The translations under genes were made by a program, and so were the position numbers. A DNA stretch of 64,000 bases, from the NCBI RefSeq assembly GCF_023055435.1, contig NW_025964372.1:41106001-41170000 (forward strand). Direction: 5' to 3'. Positions 50,826 through 64,000 of the stretch are shown piece by piece (position 1 is the first letter of the stretch; each line of letters begins with the position of its first letter). The notes under the pieces were generated by a model. It was given only the letters and a program-made list of their open reading frames with translations. It made no database searches and was not told the origin of the DNA. The stretch comes from Haliotis rufescens (taxonomy: Eukaryota).

Positions 50826-53697
50826 TATGATTGATACATTAGGGTCATTTCAGGTTATCCCCCATACCAGTATCATATATCCAATCAGAACTTTTCCTCA
50901 TATTCTTCGGTCCTTCGACATCTCTTTGTAAAATCGGCTGTCAGAATGTGCCACAGGAACACAACTGCAGGACTGGTGATGTTATCCAAATGAGCACACT
51001 GATCAAGAGATAACACCGATGCTTGTGACCCCTAGCTATATCAACATTATACAATTGAAGAATCGTCCTTGTTGATATACCTTAATCAATACTGGTCACT
51101 GGTTACTAGGGGAACCTCCTTAGTCTCATCAGTTTGGTTTCAGTCAAAATTATCAGAAGACATATTTTGTCTGGACTTCCATGCAAGAGCATCATACGAA
51201 AACAAATAAATTACCATTTGATAGCAAGTCCGGGCTATCAAGGTTCAGCTTATTATCAGGAAATGCATTTTAACTCCATCAACGGCTCAGAAAGTGGGAA
51301 CAATTTCCCCAACAAGTGAGACCAGTTTCTATCACCCCCACAAGTTTATGCAAACCCGAGAGGGCTGAAATATCTGTAGTTTTGAATGTACGTTTTATAT
51401 CATTATTCAAATTTGTTGTGCAGTCATGCATTTCAAAAGAAGTTTGATCAAACTGATGCTAATACATTTTAACAACTGAAGCATAATATCAAATGTTTTC
51501 TCAACTTCACACTCAAGTATATAATAAATGTCATTATTTTAGTTTTTTAATCTTGTTATTTTCACAGGATAGCCATAGAATTTGTTTTGCATTGATAAAT
51601 ATATCAGAAAAATAAGAGGTTATTTTGTTTTGTTTTACCTACATGCATTGGCTGTTATACATGGAGAATTCTGTATGATAATGTTTATTTAGAAATGAAA
51701 ACATTCTGAGATGTCAAAATATATACTAAAACCATGCAATACGTAACCATAAAGGTATGTGAAGTATGTTCCTGCAATGACAGTTTGATCTTTACTGATC
51801 CAGGCCCACATGACCGTTTCATCCATGTTATTGTGTGTCATTTGCAAACTAGATTGTTCAGCATGTTGTGTGTGACTTACTGCTGTGATTCTTATCAAAG
51901 GAGAGTGTTCTTGTTCCCATGCAGTTACCACAATGAGAGAAGACAATAAATAAGTGACAACCCGACAAACAACTAAATCTGAATGTCAATGCTATAGAAA
52001 AATTCAAACTGCCTCTGTCAGACAGCAATTGGGCTCACTATAAACACAAATAATTTAGTCAACAGTGTTTCCTAGTTCAAGTCAATAATAAATGATAGAG
52101 GTCCTGATGAACGTATTGAAGCAACACCAATGCTGTATTCAATGAAGGGGGTTACTTTGATGAATTCCAACTTCAAATACTCTTTTAAAATAGACATTGT
52201 GGAAAATTAGAGAACCATGAGTCCTCATCTCAGTACCTAAAAACTTGAACAATGGAAAGCATCTTTTAGCCTACTCCCTTTTAAACAGTAACAGTTATGT
52301 ATATTAAATGTAATTTCATACAAACAAAAATATCATGATCAAACATTCTGTTTTAACATCACACTCTTGAATAATACTCTCAGTCAGAAGCAACATACTT
52401 AAAAAAACACACAGGATTCATTATAATCCACAACATGCTCGGGGCCATATTCACCGCCAAAATCAATGTTTCAATTCGGAGTCACTTTTGATCTTCTAAT
52501 TTGATACATATTTCAAAGACACAAATGAGTAAAGTAGAACAGGAATAGTTAGATAGATCAAAAAAAAGATTAACTTTATAATTAATTATCAAATCAAGTA
52601 AAATTTGCTTTTCAAAAGAAAATCAAGGAAATAGATATAGATGAAAAGGGAATTGTCCAAATACTATAACAAGACTGTGACAAGGTTATAGTCTTTCAGT
52701 CTTATCATTCATGAAGAGCAATTGGCTTTCGTACAAGCGCAATCTGTGTCTTCTATCACCAAATATCACAAAATCAGAGCAAAATTGATCCAAAACATCA
52801 AAGGCACACTCCCTTGAGATAAAACTCTGTTAGAAATAGCAAATTTCTATCAATTATAAGAACACGTATTTATTCTTTTCACCCAAAAGCACTGGGAAAA
52901 AAAGACTCCTCTTTCTCATACATTCTAATCACATGTCTGGCGATTTAATTGTTCTTTATTTTCATGACTACCTCAGCAAGACAATTGAAAATATGGCTGA
53001 ATTTTAAAATCTAGTCAAATTTATTTAAAGAGATCACCAGAGGAGGGAATTATGGGTAATCTGCATATGAAATTTATCCTCTGAGGGAAATTGAATTCCA
53101 AACGAACCTTGGAGGGTTAAAAGTTAATCTGAAAGGTTAATTAAACGCTGTCAGGATTTTGACACTCAGCACTACACCAGCAAGAAATCATTAGCTTGTC
53201 TTCCTTGTATAAGACAAAATATAACAATTGCTTTTCCAGTTTTTTCGTCCTGGCATCCTGGGGACGCCATGGCTAATTTGTACTACAACCAGACACAATA
53301 ATTTTGTGTCTGTGAAAAAAATCACAATGAAAATTAATTATCCCAGAATTTTCTTTGTCACAGTTTGGGTTCATTTTGAGGAAACTGTGCGTTCTTCCAT
53401 GCATTCCCCCATGCCTCCTCCCCCCTCCCCCTCAAACATGAGATTGCATTTCTTAGCGTGTACCTTCCTTATAGCTCCATGTACAATACAGCTTTGTTTA
53501 CAATGCTAAATATGCTACTGTTAAAATGAGTAAATCAGTATTTACAATGTTGTAGTTATTGCACGCTTGGTCAATATTATCTACGAAAGAGACAGATCAT
53601 AGACCACTTCGATGAACCCTTAACACAGGTATGGTTTTGACATACCAAGGATCTTCTCAGCACAGCAAATGGAAGCACCATGGGTGGTCCATTAATG

Positions 53698-54258
53698 CAG
53701 GCCTCAAAGTTTAAATTTTTACCAAGTAGCGATATGGCTACAAGCATTTTTTTTCAGGTAGCCAGTGGTAAAATCAAGAAGTCAAGCCAATATTGTAGGT
53801 AGCCAAAAGCATTTGAAATTATCTTTTATCAAATAACTATTATAATATGTACAAGTCATGGCATTAGTCTTGGAATTATATATTAGTGGAAACTGTACTT
53901 GATTTTGTTACTTGTGACTCGAACAATGATGCCATTTATGTTACTAGATTATTTAGGTATATCCTTGCTTATCCAATGAGCACTGTCAACTGAAATAAGA
54001 TACTAATTACAATAATATTTATGTATTTCTGTTCATTGTCGACTTTAGCAGGACTTATACGCAAGTACAATTCTTAGCAGACATGTTTTCCCCATTTAGC
54101 TGTTTTATATTTTTGTGTCTTCAAATGTGAAGCAATAGAATTTAGTTGCCACAAGATATTTTGAAGGTAGTCATTTGGCTACCTCCGAATTTTAAACAGT
54201 TGACAAACTGAAATTTAGGTCGCATTGGCTACTGGTTTTGTAGCAACTTTGAGGCCTG
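53698..54258. mobile_element. Non-autonomous DNA transposon M5b (hAT5-like, 5-bp TSD)
   Basis: Perfect 14-bp TIR CAGGCCTCAAAGTT; TAATG on both sides; GGTAGCC/GGCTAC subterminal motifs. Confidence 0.88.
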
Positions 54259-54274
54259 TAATGTGATTGTGATT

Positions 54275-54555
54275 GTGCGTGTGTGTGTGCGTCTTCTAGT
54301 CTCAATTTATTGCCGATTTATTGTGCTAGACCACTGAGATACCATGCCGCAGTTAAACATGAATACCCCACTCAGACACAGTATACTGACTCCGAGTCGA
54401 CCAGTCCTTGTTTTAGCCCCTTTATGCCGAGCGCCAGACAGGGTAACAACAAGAACCATATTTTAACATCTTTTGGTAAGACGCGGACGGTGATCGAACC
54501 CCAGACCATCTGCTCTCCAGGCGGACGCTCTACCACTAGACCACGGAGGTGGCCC
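54275..54555 (-). mobile_element. tRNA-derived V-SINE (RUDI/BivaV-like)
   Basis: Head GGCCACCTCCGTGGTCTAGTGGTAGAGCGTCCGCC...GGTTCGATC, followed by V-domain-like ACCAAAAGATGTTAAAATATGGTTCTTGTTG...GGCGCTCGGCATAAAGG and a (CA)n tail. Confidence 0.8.
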
Positions 54556-55915
54556 CTTAATGAGAGTTTATGAAGCGTTGAATCACTCTCTTGAGACCTC
54601 ACAACACCCAGCATCACTACAACCCAAATTCTTAATATCTCTATCAGGTTAAAATGTCATGTTTAATGTTTCCATTACCTAACTTTACAATATGGCTGTA
54701 ACCTAGAATGGTAGTGATAGTTCATTCCTGACCACACCCACTCGTTTTTTGTGCTAATTTATTCGTCCTTAAATAATCTAGTGTCCCCTTTGAGAGGGAA
54801 TCTTGCCAGAAATAAATGGTTCTCATAATGATAAAGTAACAAATTAACATGGGCTCTCAGGGCATGCATATTGTGACCTCTCAACCATTGCCACTCTGAC
54901 CTGACACGAGGTCTGTCTGATGGGGCTAAACAACCTCTACCAGGGAGATGGTTACCATTGGCAACTGCAATTACATCCTGTTAATTGTTTGCTGCAGTTA
55001 TTAAGTGCACATGAACAATGACTAAACATCCATAAACTTGTAAATGAAAATTCTATCAGATATATTTGACAAAAACATTTTGAAGCCTGAAATCTGTTTA
55101 CTGCTAACAGACAAGCTTGTTTGAGTTAAGTGATTAGCCACCTTGAAATGTGACAGTCCTCCTGGGTCATGACTATTTATTTCATTTCTTAGTCATATTG
55201 ATTGGAACATTTCACAAGCTATCTTCTTTGGCACAAAGTATTACAACACATATCCCTGCAATAATTTACTGCATGGTTCTGTCAAAGCCGTTATTGACAG
55301 AGAACACTATTCAAACTAGCGTTCCAGTAATACATTCTCAAACCCAAGCAGAAGCAAATAAAGTATAAAACAGAAATATCCCGATCCAATATGTGTATTA
55401 AGTATTATAAGACATTCTCGTCATGATGACCTGCAGGGACCAATCAAATGGCTTCTCACACCACCAATAATTCAGCTTATACCACTAGGATGTGTTACGA
55501 GAGTTATTTACCTTTCATGTATATAATTATATTTACTCCCAAATATAGCTGGTTTGTACCCTGCCCAATAAGGGTGTTCTGTACAATGTTATTGATTCTC
55601 TTGATTCCATTGTTTCAGCGGGTCATTATTCTTTATAACGACCCCTCACCAACAACATGCTGAGGTTCAACGAATGGATTCTAGATAAGATTAGATGAGA
55701 TGGGAGCAAGCTTCAGTTCATGGTTCTGCATTGTCACGCCTTCATGGCCCACATGGCTAAAGTTTGTTAGCACACCCATCCAGCCCAATCTGTGGTTACA
55801 TGGACTATACATATCACAGCAGCCTGATAATGATCCATCCTGGACCAGACAAACCATTGGTGGAGCAATCAGCATCTGTATCAGCATCAATCAACCTCAC
55901 CAGGGTACAACTAAT

Positions 55916-56072
55916 CAGCGTTAGAAAATGGCACTAGTCCTGTAGTCCTTGCCAAACTGCCCAATAGTTATGGCATCATAAGGACAAGTAGAAATGTGCA
56001 ACTTTTAAGGGGTTTGCTTAATGTTATCATTGTAAGGACAAAGTGGACTAAAAATGTTAGTTTTTACCACTG
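55916..56072 (-). mobile_element. MITE family M5a, reverse orientation
   Basis: CAGCGTTAGAAA...TTTTACCACTG. Confidence 0.82.
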
Positions 56073-56133
56073 TACATTTAATCGTCCAACGCCACAAGCA
56101 ATGTCCATCTGATGTCCTTCATCCTTGACATCT

Positions 56134-56402
56134 TTGGTTGGTTGGTTTGTTGCTTAACGCCGCACTCAGCAATATTCCAGCTATATGACGGCGGTCTGTA
56201 AATAATCGAGTCTAGACCAGACAATCCAGTGATTGATATCATGAGCATCGATCCACGCAATTGGGATCGATGACATGCATCAACCAAGTCAGCGAGCCTG
56301 ACCACCCGATTCCGTTAGTCGCCTTTTACGACAAGCATAGTCACCTTTTACGGCAAGCATGTGTTGCTGAAGACCTATTCTACCCCGGAATCTTCACGGG
56401 TC
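56134..56402 (-). mobile_element. Family B, full length, near consensus
   Basis: 12-bp TSD tccttgacatct defines 5' end GACCCGTGAAG. Confidence 0.95.
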
Positions 56403-58977
56403 TCCTTGACATCTAATTGTCATACTACTACTTTGTCCACAGTACCTATTGAAGACACTGTTTCAGTCAAAATGGCATCATGCAGTAACAACACTTTCAT
56501 GGAACACAAACTATATGTACTGGATTCAGATCTGTGACAGGTCTTTATTGCCTAGCAAAAATGTACATTCCCATTGTCTTGTCCAAATAGATGTCATATA
56601 TATGTATTCAAGATATGTGTATTCAAAATTTAACTTCTTATTCATAACTGATGGGACATGATAATATGGATCTCGATCACCAATTTGTAAATTCTACCCT
56701 GATCTGAGCATTTCCACCATTAAGCTATGCCCTCCTGGTTGTCTACAGTGAGTGAAGCCTGGAGAAGTATCTTTTATGCAGACAATCAAGATACTAGCAA
56801 ACTTTAAATCCATAATGCAACAATCCAATTTCCATGTGATCGTTTGTGCTACACACATGAAATAACTACAAATGCATAGTCTATATATGTATATGTTGAA
56901 AGTTAAGAAAGGTTCAATATTTCATTTTTATCCATCTTAATGGTCCCTGATATAATTCAAACAATGCCTGTTCCAGGTCTGCCACAAGATATGCCACTTG
57001 CTTCACTGTGCATGTATGTATGACCTCCCCAAAGGGTGTATAACAGTTTGTATACCCAGCAGATGATATGAGTGATGTGACACCAGAGACTGGTCTCATG
57101 GACTCTGTCCAACACCAATACCTCACGTTTCCCAGGAAAACAAACCCAACACTTGCATCTTGCACACAGACTATTCAAGGGAGATTGTCCTAATGGTGGC
57201 AAATTCCATCAGCCTCCTCCAGTCTCCAACCAAAACATACGCCTTTCACCTGTTCCACTACACTTTATTCACAAATGTCAAATATACCGTCTTCATTTGC
57301 ACAAAAACATGGCTTCATATGACTTCAGCCAGCCAGCCATACATGCAGAAACATGTGGTTGTAATACCAAGAAGGAACCGGGAGTATTCCTTTCAAAGTT
57401 CAGCTGCAACTCTTTAAAATCTCCTTTTTTGTTACCCAAGACCCTTGTTGAAATAGTGTATGGCTGAAATATGTATAAAAGCATTTTGTACAGGAAATTC
57501 TTTGCTCCCTGTCTGGGAATTGTTCTTTTCGGTCTGACCCTTTTTTGAGCACTCTGGGGACAAATAAAGGCATACACCAAATAAAATTCATCAAATTACT
57601 TAACACTACACCAATCTTTTTCTCCTTTTTCTGATACCCATAGTCCTTTCTGTCGACATTCTAAAGACAGATGCCAAAATGGATCAATTGAGAAACAACA
57701 ATTCTAGACAAGACAGTTGAGAAAAGACATAACTGGAAAATATTTACAAAACTTATATATTCAGAATAAGAATGTGAGTACAGGAGTTTCAAAACTTAGA
57801 CATTTATTTGACTCAGATTGTCTTAAAGTTCTTTGGTATCACTTCCTGAAATCAGAGCCTTGATAATACCAATGAAGTGGGATCGAAACTGACGTGGAGA
57901 TACCCAATGCAAATTATAAAAATCTTAATAATTTTTATTCCATGCTTCATGATGAACAAAAATAATGCCTAAGGAAAATCAGTCAGTATTATTTAATGTT
58001 GATGGTTTGATGAGTACTTGAGAAATCGTATCTGTTCTTTCACAGGTGCATACTCTCACCTGCTACCTACATCCATCTCCGACTCCACAAGCATGAAAAA
58101 CCTGTGTTTATACAAACAAGGGAGCTGTATTTCTCCTCACCAAGCTGCATGCATTCGCCAACATCCGTGGGCCGTCAGAAGCTCACTGATTGTCCCTACT
58201 CACAACCATCAATGAAAGACTCGCACATTTGTCGGGGCATTTCTTCACAAGTTGTCTATAACTATTTTATATTGTAAAGGTCCAAAACAAATGGCTTGAT
58301 TTATGTTAACAACGAAAATAAATAGTTCAGAAAGTAAAACCTTGGCTGCAGATGGGTAGAATTTTTCAACACCTTGTTTCGCTTTCCTGTCCCTTCTTTA
58401 AGATTCTCTTTACTTTTTTCACCAGAACAAATGGGCTTGATTTTTTCATGTGGTTCACACATGAATGTGATATGCTTCTATGATGCCTCAACTGATGTGA
58501 TGAAGACTCTCTCTCCTCCCCATTTCTGCCCCAATCCACATGGAGACATTGAGGTGGCAGCAGACATACATGGATGGAGAGCTAACCAACGAAATAAATA
58601 CAACTTCAAAGTTTGTAGGCATCAGTACATCATTTCAAATACACATCATAGGAGCTGCCTCCTGGCCTTGTACCTCAACAAGCTAATCCCTACACTTTTC
58701 AAAGTACTACAGTTTGTACAACATATCAATCAGAGGTCTATTAGTTTACAAAAGTGATGGAAGACAGATACCTGGTGCCAACATACTCTCAGCGGAAGTA
58801 TTCCTATGAAGAACAAACTCTGTGTTATCCATTAGAGTTTCATAGATGCCAATCGTAAAGGTTAAACACTTCGAATAGCTTAACATTTTCTGAAGCACGA
58901 ATTTAGTGACTACAAAATCAGTGGAGAATCAATGTTACAAGCCTAAGTGTCAGTGTCCGATATCATATTTCTCTTGC

Positions 58978-59167
58978 TAGACTTGCACAAGTCTATAAGG
59001 CAATAATTATTAGTTTACATCATAAGTTCTAGATTATATAAATAATAAGAACAAGTTGTCCCTATAAGAGACTGGCAACCTTAGTACTCTCTGCTTATCT
59101 AGACTTGCCCCTAATGAGGATAGAATTATATGGACTTATCTTTTGGTACAGCCTTGGAGCAAGCCTA
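58978..59167. mobile_element. MITE-like repeat, copy of 37316-37511
   Basis: Colinear high similarity. Confidence 0.75.
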
Positions 59168-60474
59168 TTCAATTGCATATGAGGGCATTTTAGCACCTTC
59201 AGAAACAAGAAGTGTTTTGCAACCTGAAAAAGTAATGGAAGTGAAAATTAAAGGTTGCTGTTCTTTTTGAATATATCCTAGGTTCAAAGGTCAGTAAATA
59301 GTTTGGGCCAGTCAGCTGCAAAGAAACTAAATTGGGCTTGAAAATATCAGTAGAAATTACAGCTGTTCTGCATAACTGTTTCTGTCTGGGCTTGTCCTTA
59401 TCATGAATTTAGTTTTCATTTGGATACAGTCTCCCTACCATGTTAGTAAAGCATTGCATCGTGTGTGTGACTGTTATTAAGAGTGACAGGCAGGGGAAGC
59501 ATTCTCACAGCCAGGCCCAGATCAATGAAGCAGTCATTGAATCATTTATGATTAATATTTCAGGAACAATCCACATAGAGAAGAAAGTGGTGTAATTGAA
59601 ACCGAAGATGTTAAATAGCCAATAATAGGCTGGTAATATGTGATGAAGTAGTGTTCATCTTCAACCAGATCACTGCCGATCTGCTCTGGTTAGCCTCATC
59701 AGTCATGGCTTCATCTGCCACAAAATCATAATAACAGACCTCAGTCTCCTTGGTCTAATTGCGGATTGGAGGATTAATTGTATCTTGAAACTATCTCAGA
59801 TACACTTAAATACAGCACTGCAGATTACACTCTTTGTCGGGATACCGGTCCCATTTGAATCAAGCCTGCCCAATTGCACTCTCCGTCTGTCTGAAGTAAG
59901 CTACTTTCATTCAGTTTTGTATCCATACAAATTGCTATCATTGGCCCCATCCATCTAACGAAGCAATCACTTTATATCACTGGGATAGTATTAGGATCAA
60001 GCCTTATCATGGAGCTTAGCTTTGAACATCATAAGCTGGTAAATCTTTTAAAAATGATAAATCAGTTTGAGTTCCTTACTTTATAACAGTGTTAAAAGTT
60101 TGTGAATAGGTCGTGAGAAATGTGATTAAGCTTCCTATAGGATAAGTGCTTAGACAGGTTTTTTTACAGTGATTTTTATGCAACTTGCTAAGAACCATTG
60201 CACAGTTTTCTTGCTTTGCTGTTGCAATGTTTCAACTGGATCCTGCTTGTGCTCTGACTTCACTGTACGGTACCAGTTCAAAAGTCTGATGTCAGGTAGA
60301 AACTTAACTCCTTAAGTTGTGAGACCGGATGTATTTAATGACAACTCCTAAAACATGTGATTAAAAATAATGTTGAAGAAATTGTATCAGAGTCTTTACT
60401 TAGTTTAGTGTCTACATAAATACAGAAATCAGGTAGTTTGATTTTGTCGGATGGAAAACTTGCAGAGACATTAA

Positions 60475-60710
60475 CACCTGTGAACATCTGGGTTAGAAGT
60501 GATCTTCAGCAACTCATGCTTGGTGTAAGAGGCAACTAACAGGATTGCATGTGTGGTCAGATGGTTGATGCATGTAATCATATCCCAATTACTCATGATG
60601 TCAATCACTGGATTGTCTGGTCCAGACTTAATTATTTACAGACCACAGTCCTATGGCTGGAATATTATTGCTGAGTGCAGCTTTAAACAACAAAGATACA
60701 AAAACAAACA
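60475..60710 (+). mobile_element. Family B, older full-length copy with single hairpin unit
   Basis: acctgtgaacatctgggttagaagtgatcttcagcaactcatgcttggtgtaagaggcaactaacagg. Confidence 0.85.
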
Positions 60711-61834
60711 AAAGCATATACTCATGTTGGTTAACATCTCTTGTTTGTCCTTTAAAACTCAAAATAACCAAAATAACTTCATAAAACGTAATTCAAAACA
60801 CAATAATTGTGTGTTTTTTGGTACAAACAGACCAAATAACATGATAAACACAATTGAAAATGAGACTTTACTTCTCTTTCAACTAAAATTAAATTTCTTC
60901 TGATACTCCAGAACATAAGGGTGAAAGGCAAACACACTGAACATCTCAGGTTATACCAGTAAATCCTACACCAGTGGTGGCTCAACACTGCTTTTTGGCT
61001 AATAAAGCTGATTAAGACTTTCTCGAGCCACGTTAAGTTATCCAATCAATACTGGCTCCTTTGTGTTGAAATGATAAATTCTTATTACACGTCAAAGTGA
61101 CGTTTTCTGCACTCATCATATGAATAATACAATTTTCTCTGAAAGACAGGAGCTAAACGGGTGAGTTGTGCTACCTTTGTTTTTGAACTTGCAATGTATG
61201 GCTACATGGACTGATGTGTAGCTATTTTATTGGCCTGCCATCTGTTAAAGGAGAAAAAGAAAGAGGGAACAAAAGACGCTCAAGGAGCAACTTGTTGAAA
61301 AGTTAATCCTAAATTACACAATTTAAACATTCTTTGTGTAACTGGAAAAAGGCAGAAAATACCCATTTTTTGCTTCAGATCAGAAAAACTAAAGTTCTTC
61401 CAGTTCCTTCTCACCTCCACGATTCTTCATTATGATCAAGGCCTCAGGGAAAAGCAGAGCTGACACTGTAACTTCAGGGGACATTTCAAAATTTGAAAGG
61501 TCCAATTTTGAATAATTAAAAAAAATAACTATGTTAGACGGCTAATTCAAGACTGCAACTAAATAATGCTTGTGTCAATTCCCATGGCAGCAGGGATTGA
61601 CTTTGGCTGTGATTTCACGATATTCTGCATAGGTATTGCATCAGCATTTACTCAGAACAATTGAAAATTGCAAACATCTAACTGTTACACTTTTCAACGG
61701 TTTCATCTGCTTTGACACTCCCCCCAAATATTGAAAAAGCTGTATTGCTTGAATGAAAACAAACAAAGCAGAGAATGAGAATCATACCTCTATTGTTTAC
61801 TGTTTACAATGAACTTCAGAAAGGTACAATAAGT

Positions 61835-62107
61835 TTTTGTTCGTTTCTTTGCTTTTTGTTTAACACTGCTCTCAGCAATATTCCAGCTATATGACAGCGG
61901 TCTGAAAATAATTGAATCTGGAACAGACAATCCAGTGATTGACATCATAAGCATCAATCCACGCAATTGGGATCAATGACAGGCATCAACCATGCCAGCG
62001 AGCCTGACCACCCGATCCTGTTGGTCACCTCTTACAAGAAGCATAGTCGCCTTTTACGGTAAGCATGGGTTGCTGAAGACCCATTCTACCCTGGATCTTC
62101 AGGGGTT
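61835..62107 (-). mobile_element. Family B, full length
   Basis: 11-bp TSD gtacaataagt. Confidence 0.9.
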
Positions 62108-62479
62108 GTACAATAAGTAAAGGCAGTCTTGATCAAAGAGATTTTAAAATAAGGCCTTGTTGGCATATAAATCTAGAGTAGCTGCAAAAGACAGTTGACG
62201 TCATAATATAATGTGACATTTGGCAAACAATGAAGAAAGTCTTTGAATATTCTCAACTTTATTTCATTGAGAATATGGCACAGTTGAGCAATGGTGCGTA
62301 ACGACAGGAGCGTGCAGATTACAGTGCATATGGTCAATACTCAGTCAAAATAACAATGCTGGAGTAAACTGAAGCTTAAATATTTAATGGGCACAACTCC
62401 AGGGTTTGTTCTGAGTGTCTGCTAGTAGCATTACATTGAGGGATGTATCTATCAGTCCTAGTGCCGGTATCTCTATCCC

Positions 62480-62780
62480 TACTGACACAGATGTGATGTT
62501 AATGTGACATCCCACGTAAGTCAGTCTTAAACTTTACAAATTGCAGCTTGCAGCTTGCTTGATACTGATGTGCACAGATCAGGACCCAACTCCACAATGT
62601 GATGAAAATGTGACATCCACCGTAAGTCAGTCTTAAACTTTACAAATTGCGACCCCTTTGATATGTACTGAGACCGGGATCTCTCTCTACAATTAGATGT
62701 CACACTGTGACATCCACCGTAAGTCAGTCTTAAACTTTACAATTTGCGGCCCTTTTGATATGTACCAAGATTGGGGACTC
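62480..62780. repeat. ~100-bp tandem repeat, 3 diverged copies
   Basis: tgtgacatccaccgtaagtcagtcttaaactttacaa near 62503, 62609, 62706. Confidence 0.85.
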
Positions 62781-64000
62781 ACTAACCCACTCCGAAAGTT
62801 TACTTCTCATTCCTGAGTGATATGTTTATTTCATTTTTTATATAATTCTTCCCACTGGCACAATTTCCATTTCTATTCGATCACTTTTCTGTTGTTGACT
62901 GTTTTCAGTGTTTAGACGAGCATCCTCTGAGTTGGTCCTGCTTTTGCTGCTCTCCATACCCCCTTCACGCCAAAATCCCGCCCATGTATGTAATGTACGA
63001 CCAGACACTTTAGTGTTTTAACTCTGAGGAAGATCATGCTAATATAACTGATACCAAAACAATGAAAGAGGCTTATTCAATTGATACCAAAACAGAATGT
63101 TTGGCATGATAATTCATGAAATAATCATCTGAAAAACAGGATGTGGACAATCACAATCCTTCTTGTGGCCACAAACATTTAGGATACTTCATTCAAATAA
63201 AAGCACTTCACTCCATAACCTATAGATATTATACATTTTGCTTCAGGTACATTTCATAACTAAAACAGATCTGATGCAGTTTGTGAATACATTTCCGATG
63301 AAGTGAACACATTCTCATGCCAAAAAAAGTTCAATAATGTGAAAAAATCTTGCAACTAACTCTTCACTTGCGAAAATAAACAAGAAAGTCGTGATGGAGA
63401 ATAAATAAATACAGAAAGGAGACACCTTGAGAGAGAAAATATACGCCTGTATCTGACAGTTATGTCAAGCTTGAAGGTAAACAAGGAATTCCTGTCTTGC
63501 TGGGGCTGGGCACCACTGATGGAACCGCCATGTAGGATGGGGTAAAGGTGCAATTCCTCATCCCTGTGTGTGCAATTCCTTGTGCCTGTCTGTGAGTGCC
63601 AGTGTGAGTGTGAGCGTTCTTTTGTGTGTTCTTTTGTTTGTGCATATGCACGCAAGCTCCCACTCTGCCCAATCGCTAGTGCCCATGTGAGAATCAAACC
63701 TCCGAATATGCATGGAAAGGTACCACTCCGCCCAATTACCTACATCTCCTGTGCTCCTGCTTAGAATCTAATCTCAAAACTGACTCACAAATAAGCCAAC
63801 ATTCGCACATACAGTAACTCTCTCTGCATCTAAAGCGGACAAAAGTTTGGTCTTCAAAACAACACAGCCAGTAAGTCAGTGTTTAATTGAAACCTTACCA
63901 GATTAATATTCTTGAGCATATGTCCATATTTCAGAGTGTTCCTGACATGTAGATGCAATAACAATTTACACTACTAGTCACGACTCTTGCAGCCTCTTGT

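Noticed and set aside
51095-51145. Hammerhead-like CTGATGA-stem (GACTA...TAGT) on minus strand
   Set aside because: The required GAAA core is absent (TAGTAAC) and no stems I/III were found.
55681-55890. Possible RTE C-terminal remnant (HVGHEGVTMQNHELK); similar weak LINE-like hints at 3950-4330, 27476-27730 and 45072-45362
   Set aside because: Motif similarity is too weak to call without a translated search.
58046-58215. Plus-strand acceptor tctgttctttcacag and downstream ORF
   Set aside because: No recognisable protein and no matching donor.
59655-59705. CTGATGA followed by a hairpin on minus strand
   Set aside because: Followed by GAAG, not GAAA, with wrong spacing and no closing stems.
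60475-60546. Apparent compensatory change CCUGU/ACAGG versus CCCGU/ACGGG in the family B head
   Set aside because: Both changes are CpG transitions, so they are not independent evidence of structure.

Overview
AT-rich, CpG-poor eukaryotic (animal) DNA, most likely a gastropod mollusc. The SINE repertoire resembles abalone/Haliotis; that is an inference from memory, not a search result. There is no intact long ORF, and almost all ORF-track entries are spurious or are translations of repeats. The window looks like the inside of very large introns of one minus-strand gene. I found one convincing 74-nt coding exon (23900-23973, xRAVTKLQLDNMDIARRPLSFANDQ), which may be the stem region of a heparan sulfate 2-O-sulfotransferase. 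The rest is a dense transposon landscape. It holds about 35 short retroposon copies of four families: A (tRNA-Asp-like head), B (no tRNA head, structured 5' end), C (tRNA-Leu-like head) and one V-SINE. A, B and C share a covarying 3' stem-loop tail. There are several MITE families, including ones with 5-bp and 6-bp target-site duplications and TA-flanked Tc1/mariner-type elements, plus decayed LINE, Penelope-like and DIRS-type tyrosine recombinase remnants, and about 12 minisatellites. Most notable: (i) the tRNA-less family B has a fixed 5' end and a putative pseudoknotted RNA head; (ii) several unrelated-looking minisatellites appear to have arisen from the same segment of family B; (iii) SINE orientation is strongly biased in a way consistent with avoiding cryptic splice sites. 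I found no CRISPR array, no convincing hammerhead ribozyme and no prokaryote-type system.
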